The notes under the pieces were generated by a model. The model searched no databases, was not told where the DNA came from, and saw only the letters and a list, made by a program, of their open reading frames with translations. DNA of 24,000 nt. It comes from an uncultured Solobacterium sp. GTDB taxonomy: Bacteria; Bacillota_I; Bacilli_A; Erysipelotrichales; Erysipelotrichaceae. This document shows positions 1-10,788 of this stretch, piece by piece (position 1 is the first letter of the stretch; each line of letters begins with the position of its first letter). The position numbers and the translations under genes were made by a program. The DNA lies in the NCBI RefSeq assembly GCF_963550625.1, contig NZ_CAUVCV010000005.1:68995-92994 (forward strand), written 5' to 3'.

Positions 1-17
1 AACTCAAAAAAGAGGTA

Positions 18-491
18 TTGAAAGAATATCATTTGCGATTTGATTATGATGATGTGTTAGGTTGTAAAACAGGGGTTCCTCCTTGGGATTGTGGGATAGA
101 GAACCTACAAATTATAAACATCTATGTTCAAAGAAATTATTTTGCACAGAAGCAGTATATTGGGAAATATTTTGAATATATTGTAAATTCATATCGAAAT
201 AAGAAGGGATATACCTTTCGATTGTATGTCACGAAGGAAAATTTACCGCATCAATTTACAAATTTACATCCTGTCGATTTTGAAAGAGAAGAGTACACCA
301 TAGGTGGGAGAATCGTAACGGTACAGAAGTTATCTGACGAGGGAGATAAAGCACTGAATTTTTATCTGACTAGTGACGATTGGTATGGCTATAAACTTAT
401 GGGACTTATCGTTTATGAAAACCAAGAAACAATTGCGGATAGTACATCGGATATTCAAGAGATTCTTGAAAAGTTATTAAAAGACCATTAA
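18..491 (+). CDS. hypothetical protein, no family recognised; possibly 5'-partial
   Basis: 157-aa ORF from TTG 18, preceded by AGAGG. The frame has no stop between position 3 and 18, so the true start may lie upstream of the window. No motif recognised. Confidence 0.45.
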   Translation: MKEYHLRFDYDDVLGCKTGVPPWDCGIENLQIINIYVQRNYFAQKQYIGKYFEYIVNSYRNKKGYTFRLYVTKENLPHQFTNLHPVDFEREEYTIGGRIVTVQKLSDEGDKALNFYLTSDDWYGYKLMGLIVYENQETIADSTSDIQEILEKLLKDH

Positions 492-600
492 AAATAAGTA
501 TAAAAAGTCTTTAAATTCACATGGTATCAATTTATTCAAAAAGTTAGAAGAATTTTTAGTGAAATTCATCACGATAGCGCTTACATTCAAATGCTCTTAA

Positions 601-629
601 TTGACCGAAAACATATTAAAACATATAAT
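601..629 (+). promoter_or_regulatory. sigma-A type promoter of gap
   Basis: TTGACC (601-606), 17-nt spacer, TATAAT (624-629), about 25 nt upstream of the gap RBS. Confidence 0.6.
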
Positions 630-652
630 ATAAATGCAACAAAAGGAGGTCT

Positions 653-1684
653 TTGAAAGACAATATGACAGATGTAAGAGTTGCTATTAACGGTTTTGGC
701 CGTATTGGCCGTCTAGCTTTTAGACAAATGTTTGTAGCTGAAGGTTATGAAGTAGTTGCAATCAACGACTTAACAACACCTCACATGCTAGCTTACTTAT
801 TAAAGCATGATACAACACACGGTAAGTGGGATCATGAAATCTCTGCAGATGATGAAAAGGGAACAATCACTGTAGATGGTAAGGAAATTACAATTTATAA
901 GGAAGCTGATGCTAGCAACCTACCTTGGGGTCAATTAGACATCGATGTAGTTCTAGAATGCACAGGCTTCTACACAAGCAAAGCTAAGTCTGAAGCACAC
1001 ATCAAGGCTGGTGCTAAGAAGGTTGTTATCTCTGCTCCTGCAGGAAACGACTTACCAACAGTAGTTTACGGTGTAAACGAACATGTTGTTACAGCTGAAG
1101 ACAAGATTATCTCTGCTGCTTCATGTACAACAAACTGCTTAGCTCCAATGGCTAAGGCATTAAATGATTTATATCCAATCCAATCTGGTATCATGACAAC
1201 AGTTCATGCTTACACAGGCGATCAGATGATCTTGGATGGACCACAGCGTAAGGGTGACTTACGTCGTTCCCGTGCTGGTGCTTGCAATATCGTTCCTAAC
1301 TCAACAGGTGCTGCTAAGGCTATTGGTCTTGTAATTCCTGAGTTAAACGGCAAGTTAATCGGTGCTGCTCAGCGTGTTCCTGTTCCTACAGGTTCAACAA
1401 CACTCTTAATCTCTGTAGTTAAGGGTAAGGATGTAACTGTTGATTCTATCAACGCTGCAATGAAGGCTGCTGCTTCTGAAAGCTTCGGCTACAATGAAGA
1501 AGAAATCGTTTCTTCTGACATCGTTGATGAAACACATGGTTCTATCTTCGACGCTACACAGACAATGGTAGCTAAGATTGATGACGACACATACCAGGTA
1601 CAGACAGTTTCTTGGTATGACAATGAGAACTCATATACTTCTCAGATGGTTCGTACAATCAAGTACTTCGCAAACGTTAAGTAA
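653..1684 (+). CDS. gap: type I glyceraldehyde-3-phosphate dehydrogenase
   Basis: NAD-binding INGFGRIGR at the N-terminus, active-site [10 protein letters not shown]-terminal WYDNE. GGAGG at 645-649. Track start TTG 653 is only 3 nt from the SD; in-frame ATG 665 ([16 protein letters not shown]) is an equally plausible start. Confidence 0.95.
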   Translation: MKDNMTDVRVAINGFGRIGRLAFRQMFVAEGYEVVAINDLTTPHMLAYLLKHDTTHGKWDHEISADDEKGTITVDGKEITIYKEADASNLPWGQLDIDVVLECTGFYTSKAKSEAHIKAGAKKVVISAPAGNDLPTVVYGVNEHVVTAEDKIISAASCTTNCLAPMAKALNDLYPIQSGIMTTVHAYTGDQMILDGPQRKGDLRRSRAGACNIVPNSTGAAKAIGLVIPELNGKLIGAAQRVPVPTGSTTLLISVVKGKDVTVDSINAAMKAAASESFGYNEEEIVSSDIVDETHGSIFDATQTMVAKIDDDTYQVQTVSWYDNENSYTSQMVRTIKYFANVK

Positions 1685-1701
1685 TTAACCTACGCAAACT
1701 T

Positions 1702-1731
1702 AAAACACACTTCTTATGAGGTGTGTTTTTT
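1702..1731. terminator. bidirectional rho-independent terminator (copy T1 of a repeated hairpin)
   Basis: AAAACACACTTC-TTAT-GAGGTGTGTTTT: 12-bp stem with one G-U pair, A-tract 5' and T-tract 3'. Lies between the convergent gap and amidohydrolase genes. Confidence 0.8.
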
Positions 1732-1743
1732 ATTTATTAACAA

Positions 1744-3276
1744 TTACTTTTGGAAAACAATTCTGCCATTAACAATTGTCATAAACACTTCTAATTCACG
1801 ACAATCTATTGGATCAGTGTGTAATATGTCTCCATCAATTACAGTTAAATCTGCAAGTTTACCAACTGTGATTGAGCCTAAATCTTTTTCGCGATAAAAA
1901 TCGTAAGCACCACCGGATGTCCAACTTTCTAATACTTCAACAGGTGTTAAACAGTTTTCTTGATTGAAAGGAAGACCACCTTCTGGAAATAGACCAGTAA
2001 CAGAGTAATAGATAGATTCAGGAATATTATCAATAACAAGTGGTAAATCTGTACCGCAACATAGTGGAACCCCATAATCTTTCATCTTACGACGATTCCA
2101 ATAGTTTTTTCCGCGTTCCATCCCAATCATCTTTTTGATCATTCCAACTTTATCGTCATAACTAGTAATTGATTGAATTTGTGGATAGTATTCACAAATA
2201 ATGCCTAGATCTGCCATTCGTTTTAAATCCACTGGATCACTGAACTCAGCTTCGGTTATAGCATGGCGATTAACAAGTTTACCGTTATGATCTTTTTCAC
2301 ATAGGCTAAAAATATCTACGGCTTTAGCTACAGCGCCGTCACCTTGCGCATTTAGTGAAAACCGTGTACCTAGTCTATCTGCTTCTAGTACTTCATCTTG
2401 AATTAAATTCCAATCAATATTTAGTTTGCAGTTATAAGTTTGATTCTCATATGGGTACTTTAATAAGCCGTTTCCTTGAGAAATAGAACCATCGGTCATA
2501 CGGTTAAAACCAGAAAAGCGAATAAACTCAGAGTTAAATTCAGCCATCATTCTTTTTGCATATTCGAAGTCAGCATTTGAACTAACAGGCTGTGACATAA
2601 AATGTACACGAAGATTTAACTCGTTTTTAGATTCCAGTTCAGATAAGATATCTTGAAATCCACTAAATTGGTCAAAGCCAATTTCTTTTACGGAAGTAAT
2701 TCCACGCGAATTCAGCATAGACGTATATTTTTTGAATAATGGTTTAATAAAACTCTTATCTTTTAACACTTCATCTAATAATTTCCAAAACACTTCGTTA
2801 CAGTCTGCGGTTAAGTCAAATCCGTAATGATTGATTGCTGTTTTATTTATCCAGAAATGATCACCACTTATAGAAAAGATAACAAGACGGCAATTTGGAA
2901 ATAATTCCTCTAATCTCTCTGGACTTGGAACCGTAAAATTATCAGATATTCCATGGCCGAAAAGAGAATCTTGCATCGTATATTGAGATTTTAGAATTTC
3001 AATTACTTCGGTTTCAGTATTTGCTGTTGAAAGATCAATTCCGATATGACGTAGAGACCATCCAGTGAAGAAGGTATGTGCATCAAAAAAACCTGGCAAG
3101 ATTGTTTTGCCACTTAGGTCATATATAGGATAATTTTCTTGTAATGAAGAAGGGATAGGACCGTTTTCAACAGATTGAATTTTATTATTTTGTATGATTA
3201 TATAGCCGTTGATGATTCCTTGTTCATCAGAGCAAAAAATATGATCTGATTTTAAGATATATTGCGTAATAGACAT
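1744..3276 (-). CDS. amidohydrolase-family protein (YtcJ-like / Amidohydro_3 type), divergent
   Basis: 510 aa. The order of blocks LPGFFDAH, MTDGSIS, NAQGDGAV, NRHAITEAE, CGTDLPL and C-terminal GKLADLTVID matches the layout of COG1574-type TIM-barrel metal hydrolases. AGGAGG (minus strand, 3281-3286) lies just upstream of the ATG. Confidence 0.75.
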   Translation of the reverse strand: MSITQYILKSDHIFCSDEQGIINGYIIIQNNKIQSVENGPIPSSLQENYPIYDLSGKTILPGFFDAHTFFTGWSLRHIGIDLSTANTETEVIEILKSQYTMQDSLFGHGISDNFTVPSPERLEELFPNCRLVIFSISGDHFWINKTAINHYGFDLTADCNEVFWKLLDEVLKDKSFIKPLFKKYTSMLNSRGITSVKEIGFDQFSGFQDILSELESKNELNLRVHFMSQPVSSNADFEYAKRMMAEFNSEFIRFSGFNRMTDGSISQGNGLLKYPYENQTYNCKLNIDWNLIQDEVLEADRLGTRFSLNAQGDGAVAKAVDIFSLCEKDHNGKLVNRHAITEAEFSDPVDLKRMADLGIICEYYPQIQSITSYDDKVGMIKKMIGMERGKNYWNRRKMKDYGVPLCCGTDLPLVIDNIPESIYYSVTGLFPEGGLPFNQENCLTPVEVLESWTSGGAYDFYREKDLGSITVGKLADLTVIDGDILHTDPIDCRELEVFMTIVNGRIVFQK

Positions 3277-3323
3277 TTTTCCTCCTAGGCGAAACCCAAA
3301 AAAGCATATGAATATATGCTTGG

Positions 3324-3351
3324 TGTAGAGGATTTTGTTTCAAGTGTAGAT
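3324..3351. promoter_or_regulatory. candidate operator, copy A of the shared motif TGTAGAGGA..TTTCAA.GTGTAGAT
   Basis: Intergenic, 48-75 nt upstream of the amidohydrolase start. Shares three identical blocks (9+6+8 nt) with 4961-4991. Confidence 0.4.
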
Positions 3352-3391
3352 CTTATTTTGAATATAACACAAAAAATTAATAAATTACAAA

Positions 3392-4141
3392 TTATTCAGA
3401 TTTAAAAGTTTCAAATCCGTATTCTGCTTTGTCACATGGCATATAGGATGTTGTGAATTCAACAATGCTTCCACTAGAGTCATGCCCAATATATTGAAGA
3501 TTGTAAATATAACTATCAGAGGTTATACCCATAATTTTAGTAATTGGGTGAAATGCTTTTTGAATTGTAAGTTTTTGTTCAAATGAAATTGGAAAGTGCT
3601 CTTTCTGTTTCATGTAATCATAAAGCGAGGCCTTTGAGAAATCATGACCTTGGATATCACTAAAATATTTGAATGGGAGATAGCAGTATTCAAGAGCAAT
3701 ACTTTCACTATCAATCTTACGCAAACGGTGTAAAGCATATATTTTCTCGCCATGTTTTAAATTAAGCTTCTTCTCAATGTATGTTTGATCCTGAATAATA
3801 CCTTCTTCTAAGATGTAATTTTTGAGAGTTAGACCATGTTTATTAATAAATGCACCAAGGCCAATACTCTTACCTGTAGAATGATCGTTCAAATACAAAA
3901 TTTTATTTGTGATTTTCTTTGTCACAAAAGTGCCATTATTTTTAACTCGGAATAAATAACCCTCATCAATTAAAGTATTGATTGCATGTTTAACCGTCAT
4001 ACGATTTATGTGATAGAGTGCAGACATTTCTCGTTCACTAGGAATCTTTTCTCCAGGTAAATATTCACCATCTTTAATACGCTGGATAATTAAGTTTTTT
4101 AACTGAATATATAAAGGAATTTGGTAGTTCATAATTATCAC
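3392..4141 (-). CDS. GntR-family transcriptional regulator, HutC subfamily (UTRA-type effector domain)
   Basis: Winged-helix signature EKIPSEREMSALYHINRMTVKHAINTLIDEGYLFRVKNNGTFV plus a ~170-aa C-terminal domain. GTG at 4139-4141 abuts the TAG stop (4142-4144) of the upstream paralog. ATG at 4132 (MNYQIPLY) is an alternative start. Confidence 0.85.
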   Translation of the reverse strand: MIIMNYQIPLYIQLKNLIIQRIKDGEYLPGEKIPSEREMSALYHINRMTVKHAINTLIDEGYLFRVKNNGTFVTKKITNKILYLNDHSTGKSIGLGAFINKHGLTLKNYILEEGIIQDQTYIEKKLNLKHGEKIYALHRLRKIDSESIALEYCYLPFKYFSDIQGHDFSKASLYDYMKQKEHFPISFEQKLTIQKAFHPITKIMGITSDSYIYNLQYIGHDSSGSIVEFTTSYMPCDKAEYGFETFKSE

Positions 4142-4846
4142 CTAAATTAACTCGAATGAGAAGCGATCATACTTCATATAACTTTCAGTAAAAGCAAGAA
4201 CATGGTTATGCTTGTCGAATATACATCCAGAAAGCAAGGCTACATTTGCGGTGTTAGAAAGTTCTAAAGAATCTCGATAACTGTTTTCCGCTTCAATGAC
4301 ACGGATACGCTGTGTTGTTCTATAGAATTCAAATTGAAATTTATCTATCAAAATGTCATTTAAATTTTCAATATCTTCTTTATAATTCACGAGTTCAGGG
4401 GCAAGATTCACAGGGATAAAACAATAGTCCATACATACCGGTTCATGGTCTGCGATTAATAATCGCTTTATTTCAAAAAACTTTGTTCCAAGTGGCAAAT
4501 TTGTTTCACGGCATAAATATTTATCGGCTTCGATTTCAACAAATTTAAATAGCTTTGTCTCATATGTTGAAACGTTATCTTTTATAATTTCTGACATTAA
4601 ACGAATAGAATTTACATTTTTTGAAATTCGTTGTTTTGCTACAAAATACCCAACTTTAGGTACAACATCAACAATTCCCATTTCTTCTAGAATTTTCATA
4701 GCCGAACGAAGGGTTAAACGCTGAATTGAAAAAAGATCACATAATTCGCGCTCGCTTGGGAGCTTGTCCTGATATTTTAAATGTTGATCAGCAATATATT
4801 GTCTTATTTCATTGCTTATCATAATATCCAATGTCATAACTTTCAT
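4142..4846 (-). CDS. GntR-family transcriptional regulator, HutC subfamily (second, divergent paralog)
   Basis: DKLPSERELCDLFSIQRLTLRSAMKILEEMGIVDVVPKVGYFV winged-helix signature plus a UTRA-sized C-terminal domain. No SD before ATG 4846. Confidence 0.85.
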   Translation of the reverse strand: MKVMTLDIMISNEIRQYIADQHLKYQDKLPSERELCDLFSIQRLTLRSAMKILEEMGIVDVVPKVGYFVAKQRISKNVNSIRLMSEIIKDNVSTYETKLFKFVEIEADKYLCRETNLPLGTKFFEIKRLLIADHEPVCMDYCFIPVNLAPELVNYKEDIENLNDILIDKFQFEFYRTTQRIRVIEAENSYRDSLELSNTANVALLSGCIFDKHNHVLAFTESYMKYDRFSFELI

Positions 4847-4900
4847 GCACTTATTTTAACAACTTTGTATATATTTAATCAAATACAATAATGTAAGGGG

Positions 4901-4928
4901 TTGCAAACCTATTATCAACTGGTATAAT
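4901..4928 (+). promoter_or_regulatory. extended -10 promoter of the permease/kinase/deglycase operon
   Basis: TTGCAA (4901-4906), 16-nt spacer ending in TGG, then TATAAT (4923-4928), giving TGnTATAAT. Confidence 0.55.
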
Positions 4929-4954
4929 AAAATTAAATAGTGGTATATATGTAA

Positions 4955-7160
<2,206 letters not shown>

Positions 7161-7161
<1 letters not shown>

Positions 7162-7940
7162 TGGCAGTTATCAGAATGACATTCTTCTCTACTGCTTTAA
7201 GGATGACAACAAACTGTAATATATTAATACCCGATAATTCAAATGATGTAACACCAATATGTAATGGTCAGTATAAAACCTTATATCTATTACATGGTTT
7301 ATCCGGTAATGCAGAGGAATGGATTCGGTTTACAAAACTGGAATATTATGCAAAGAAATTTGGCTATATCATTGTTATGCCTGAAGTAGGAAGAAGTTTT
7401 TATACAAATATAGATGGGATTAATTATGCAAAATATATTGCGGAAGAACTTCCTAATTATTTAAGTCAGTGGTTTAAAATTCCAACACAAAAAGAGTGTA
7501 CTTATATTGCTGGTGAAAGTATGGGTGGATATGGAGCATTGAAAATTGGATTTAGTTATCCAAAACAATACCAATCGATAGCGGCATTATCACCAGTAAT
7601 ACATTTAGAAGAACTACGTTGTATGGTTGAGAACAAAGTGTTCGAAGAAATGGGTGTTGATGAGATTGATAGAATCATTTCTCAAAATGATTACTTTGAT
7701 ATCTATAAATATCTTGATAACAAACCAAGTAAAGATTACCCTTCTGTTATTCAATTGTGTGGGACAGATGATTTCTTGGTTGATAGCAATCAAAAGTTCT
7801 ATCACTATGCAAAGAATAAGATAGATATTACTTATCGAGAGTTAAGTGGTGATCATGAGTGGCCTGTATGGGATATTGCAATACAGAAAGCTATACAATA
7901 TTTTGAAAAATATGACATTGATCATTTTCGGCTATATTGA
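7161..7940 (+). CDS. esterase D / EstA-type serine esterase (PF00756-like)
   Basis: YLLHGLSGNAEEW, nucleophile elbow GESMGGYGA, C-terminal GDHEW. The N-terminus MAVIRMTFFS resembles streptococcal EstA. ATG 7161 overlaps the kinase stop (TAATG). The track start TTG 7155 is less likely. Confidence 0.85.
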
Positions 7941-7958
7941 GAAACGGAGAGATTAGAT

Positions 7959-9020
7959 ATGATAACAACAGAATTATGGAAAGAAAACGAAGGTGCTAAT
8001 CTCCGTAACTTTCATGAAGAACAAGATTTAAAAAGTGTAAATGGTGCATTAGCTTTACGCAAAGATATTGAAAAGATTATTGATAAAATTTGGGATGAAG
8101 GATTTGATAATATTTTCTATATTGGTATTGGAGGGACATATGCGTCCGCAATGCAAGTTGAAGTATATATGCGCGGAAGAAGTAAATTGCCAGTATTTGT
8201 AGAAAATGCAGCAGAGTTTTTAACAACAGGGAATAAAAGATTTACAAATAAGTCTATAGCGATTCTATCTTCCGTATCTGGCAATACTTTAGAGATGATC
8301 GAACTAGTGGATAAGGTACATGAAATTGGTGGAAAGGTATTTAGTTTTATCGATACACCAAATACAATTCTTGCACAACCGGATAAACAAGATTATCTAA
8401 TTTTGTATCCAAAAAATGAACAACTAAAATTCTACATGACCGCAAATTACTTCATGTATAAAAACGGGGAATTTGCAGAATATGATGACTACAACCAAAA
8501 TATGGAAAACTATTTAGCAGAAGCATTGGTCAATGTAGAAAAGCAAGCAGATACATGGGCGTACCAGTATGCTATGCAGAAAGTTGAATTTTTAGATAAA
8601 CATCCAGATTTACCTCACTATTTTATAGGTGCAGGTAACCAATATGGTGCAACATATTCATATGCTATGTGCTATTGGGAGGAACAAATGTGGATACGAA
8701 CAAAATCTATAAGTTCTCCTGAATTTTTCCATGGTATGCAAGAAATAATAGTAAAAGATACACCAATTACCTTATTTATCGGTGAAGATGAACAAAGACC
8801 GTTATCCGAAAGGGTTGCACGATTCCTTCCACAAGTAAATTCAAATTACGTTATTATTGATACAAAAGAATTTGAATTAAGCGGAATCAAAAAAGAATAT
8901 CGTGGCAGCATATCCCATCTGGTTATGCATGCAGTAAATAATCGCGTTGATGCGTATATGGAAAAATTCCTAAGACATCCATTGAGTATAAGAAGATATT
9001 ATCGCCAGTTCGATTATTAA
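7959..9020 (+). CDS. frlB: SIS-domain fructosamine-6-phosphate deglycase-like protein
   Basis: 353 aa. Phosphosugar-binding loop IGIGGTYASA, PEFFHGMQEI (E..HG) block and a C-terminal RRYY motif, as in FrlB/FraB-type deglycases (recalled). GGAGAG RBS 7 nt upstream. Confidence 0.85.
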   Translation: MITTELWKENEGANLRNFHEEQDLKSVNGALALRKDIEKIIDKIWDEGFDNIFYIGIGGTYASAMQVEVYMRGRSKLPVFVENAAEFLTTGNKRFTNKSIAILSSVSGNTLEMIELVDKVHEIGGKVFSFIDTPNTILAQPDKQDYLILYPKNEQLKFYMTANYFMYKNGEFAEYDDYNQNMENYLAEALVNVEKQADTWAYQYAMQKVEFLDKHPDLPHYFIGAGNQYGATYSYAMCYWEEQMWIRTKSISSPEFFHGMQEIIVKDTPITLFIGEDEQRPLSERVARFLPQVNSNYVIIDTKEFELSGIKKEYRGSISHLVMHAVNNRVDAYMEKFLRHPLSIRRYYRQFDY

Positions 9021-9040
9021 TATAATTTTTGAGATTAACA

Positions 9041-9073
9041 ATAAATATTATCGGTTTAGCCGATAATATTTAT
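9041..9073 (+). promoter_or_regulatory. perfect 14-bp stem-loop inside the operon (attenuator, partial terminator or mRNA stabiliser)
   Basis: ATAAATATTATCGG-TTTAG-CCGATAATATTTAT, followed only by GTTTC (weak U-tract). Lies in the 121-nt gap between the deglycase and the next gene. Confidence 0.45.
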
Positions 9074-9141
9074 GTTTCATATCATATTTTTAATATACAG
9101 AGAAATATCAGCCTTCATAAAGAAAGATAGGAGAGAATTTT

Positions 9142-9954
9142 ATGAAATTTGGGTTATTTACGTGCGGATATCAAAGATTTGATATTGAAAAAGCATTTCA
9201 AGATGCGCAAAGATTTGGATATGACTATGTTGAATTATGGGGTGCAAGACCACATGCATATCCTTATGATCTTGAAATATGTGCAAATAGAATCAATGAA
9301 TTAATAAAAAAATACAACATGCCTGTAACTGTATATACACCAGAATTAAACGCGTATCCATTTAATTTGATGTGGGAAAATGAAAGCATGCGTGATAATT
9401 CTTTAGAATATGTTTATAAATCTTTGGATTTCGCAAAAGCCATTGGTGCAGAATATACTTTAATTTCGGCTGGACATGCTGGTTTTGAAGCTACTGAAGA
9501 AATAATAAAAGAACGTTTATATGATAGTTTGGAAAAGATAATAGCGTATGCAGAAAAAGTTGGCATAAAAATTGTGTATGAACCATTAACAATTTATGAA
9601 TCTAATGTAACAACTACGTCTAACCAACTACTGGAATTATGTAATCACTTTAATTCTCCTTATTTCTTTGCAATGAATGATATTGTTGTACCGTATATAC
9701 AAGGAGAAAATATCATTGAATTTAATAAGAAATTAGGTAGTAAATTAGTACATATGCATGTAGTTGATAGTGACGGGCAATCTGAAGATCATTACTGTCC
9801 AGGTTATGGTAATTTGCCGTTAACGAATTTCATGCAAGAACTCATAGATAGTGGGTATGATGAAACGGTTACAATTGAATTGGTAACAAAATATCTAAAT
9901 GAACCTAGTATTTACGCAAAACTAGCAATTAATAATTTAAAAGAAGGGCTGTAA
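9142..9954 (+). CDS. xylose-isomerase-like TIM-barrel sugar(-phosphate) epimerase/isomerase (FrlC-like or SgbU/UlaE-like)
   Basis: 270 aa. Blocks FTCGYQR, ELWGARPHAY, YEPL, HVVDSDG and TIELVTKYLNEP fit PF01261-type enzymes. Size and several blocks resemble fructoselysine 3-epimerase FrlC as recalled. AGGAGAG RBS. Confidence 0.8.
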   Translation: MKFGLFTCGYQRFDIEKAFQDAQRFGYDYVELWGARPHAYPYDLEICANRINELIKKYNMPVTVYTPELNAYPFNLMWENESMRDNSLEYVYKSLDFAKAIGAEYTLISAGHAGFEATEEIIKERLYDSLEKIIAYAEKVGIKIVYEPLTIYESNVTTTSNQLLELCNHFNSPYFFAMNDIVVPYIQGENIIEFNKKLGSKLVHMHVVDSDGQSEDHYCPGYGNLPLTNFMQELIDSGYDETVTIELVTKYLNEPSIYAKLAINNLKEGL

Positions 9955-9956
9955 AT

Positions 9957-10781
9957 ATGTGGATGAAAGATTTATGGCACAAAGATAAAGTCATTATAGG
10001 AACGCTGCATCTAGATGCATTGCCTGGAGATCCAAGATATTCTGCTAGTGATAGTCTAGATATAATTATTGAACATGCAAGAATGGATCTAAAATCGTTA
10101 ATTAATGGTGGCGTAGATGCCGTGTTAATATCAAATGAATTTAGTTTTCCATATCAAAGAAAAATGGACTATGTTACTGTTGCATGTATGGCAAGAATAA
10201 TTGGTGAAATAAAAAAAGATATTACAGTTCCTTTCGGAGTTGATGCAATATCTGATGGAGCCGCAACATTGGAACTTGCTAGAGCTGTAGATGCAGATTT
10301 TTGTAGAGGTACGTTCTCGGGTGTGTATGTTGGAGATGGTGGTTTATATAATAATGATATTTCCAAACTCTTAAGAAGAAAAACAGAATTGCATTTATCT
10401 AATTTAAAGATGCTTTATTTTATTAATCCAGAATCTGACAAGAATTTAGATACACGAGATTTAACTGAAATCGCAAAATCGACAGTATTCAAAACGGGAG
10501 CGGATGGATTATGTATATCTGCCAGTGCAGCAGGACAAGATGTTAATGAAGTTTTAATTCAATGTGTTAAAGATGCATGTCCAAGTGTTGCAGTGCTAGC
10601 GAATACAGGATGTAGACCTGAAACAATAGAATCCAAATTAAAGTATGCAGATGCTGCAGTTGTTGGAACATATTTTAAGACAGACGGTAAGTTACAAGAT
10701 AGTAATGGAAATAATGTAAGGGTAGATGTAAACCGAGTTAAAGAATTTATGGATGTAGTTAATCGATTCAGAAAGGAATAA
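9957..10781 (+). CDS. BtpA/SgcQ-family TIM-barrel protein, function unknown
   Basis: 274 aa. N-terminal IGTLHLDALPGDPRY matches the family hallmark (G-x-H-L-x-x-L-P-G-x-P). Starts 2 nt after the previous stop. Confidence 0.75.
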   Translation: MWMKDLWHKDKVIIGTLHLDALPGDPRYSASDSLDIIIEHARMDLKSLINGGVDAVLISNEFSFPYQRKMDYVTVACMARIIGEIKKDITVPFGVDAISDGAATLELARAVDADFCRGTFSGVYVGDGGLYNNDISKLLRRKTELHLSNLKMLYFINPESDKNLDTRDLTEIAKSTVFKTGADGLCISASAAGQDVNEVLIQCVKDACPSVAVLANTGCRPETIESKLKYADAAVVGTYFKTDGKLQDSNGNNVRVDVNRVKEFMDVVNRFRKE

Positions 10782-10788
10782 TAAGGTT

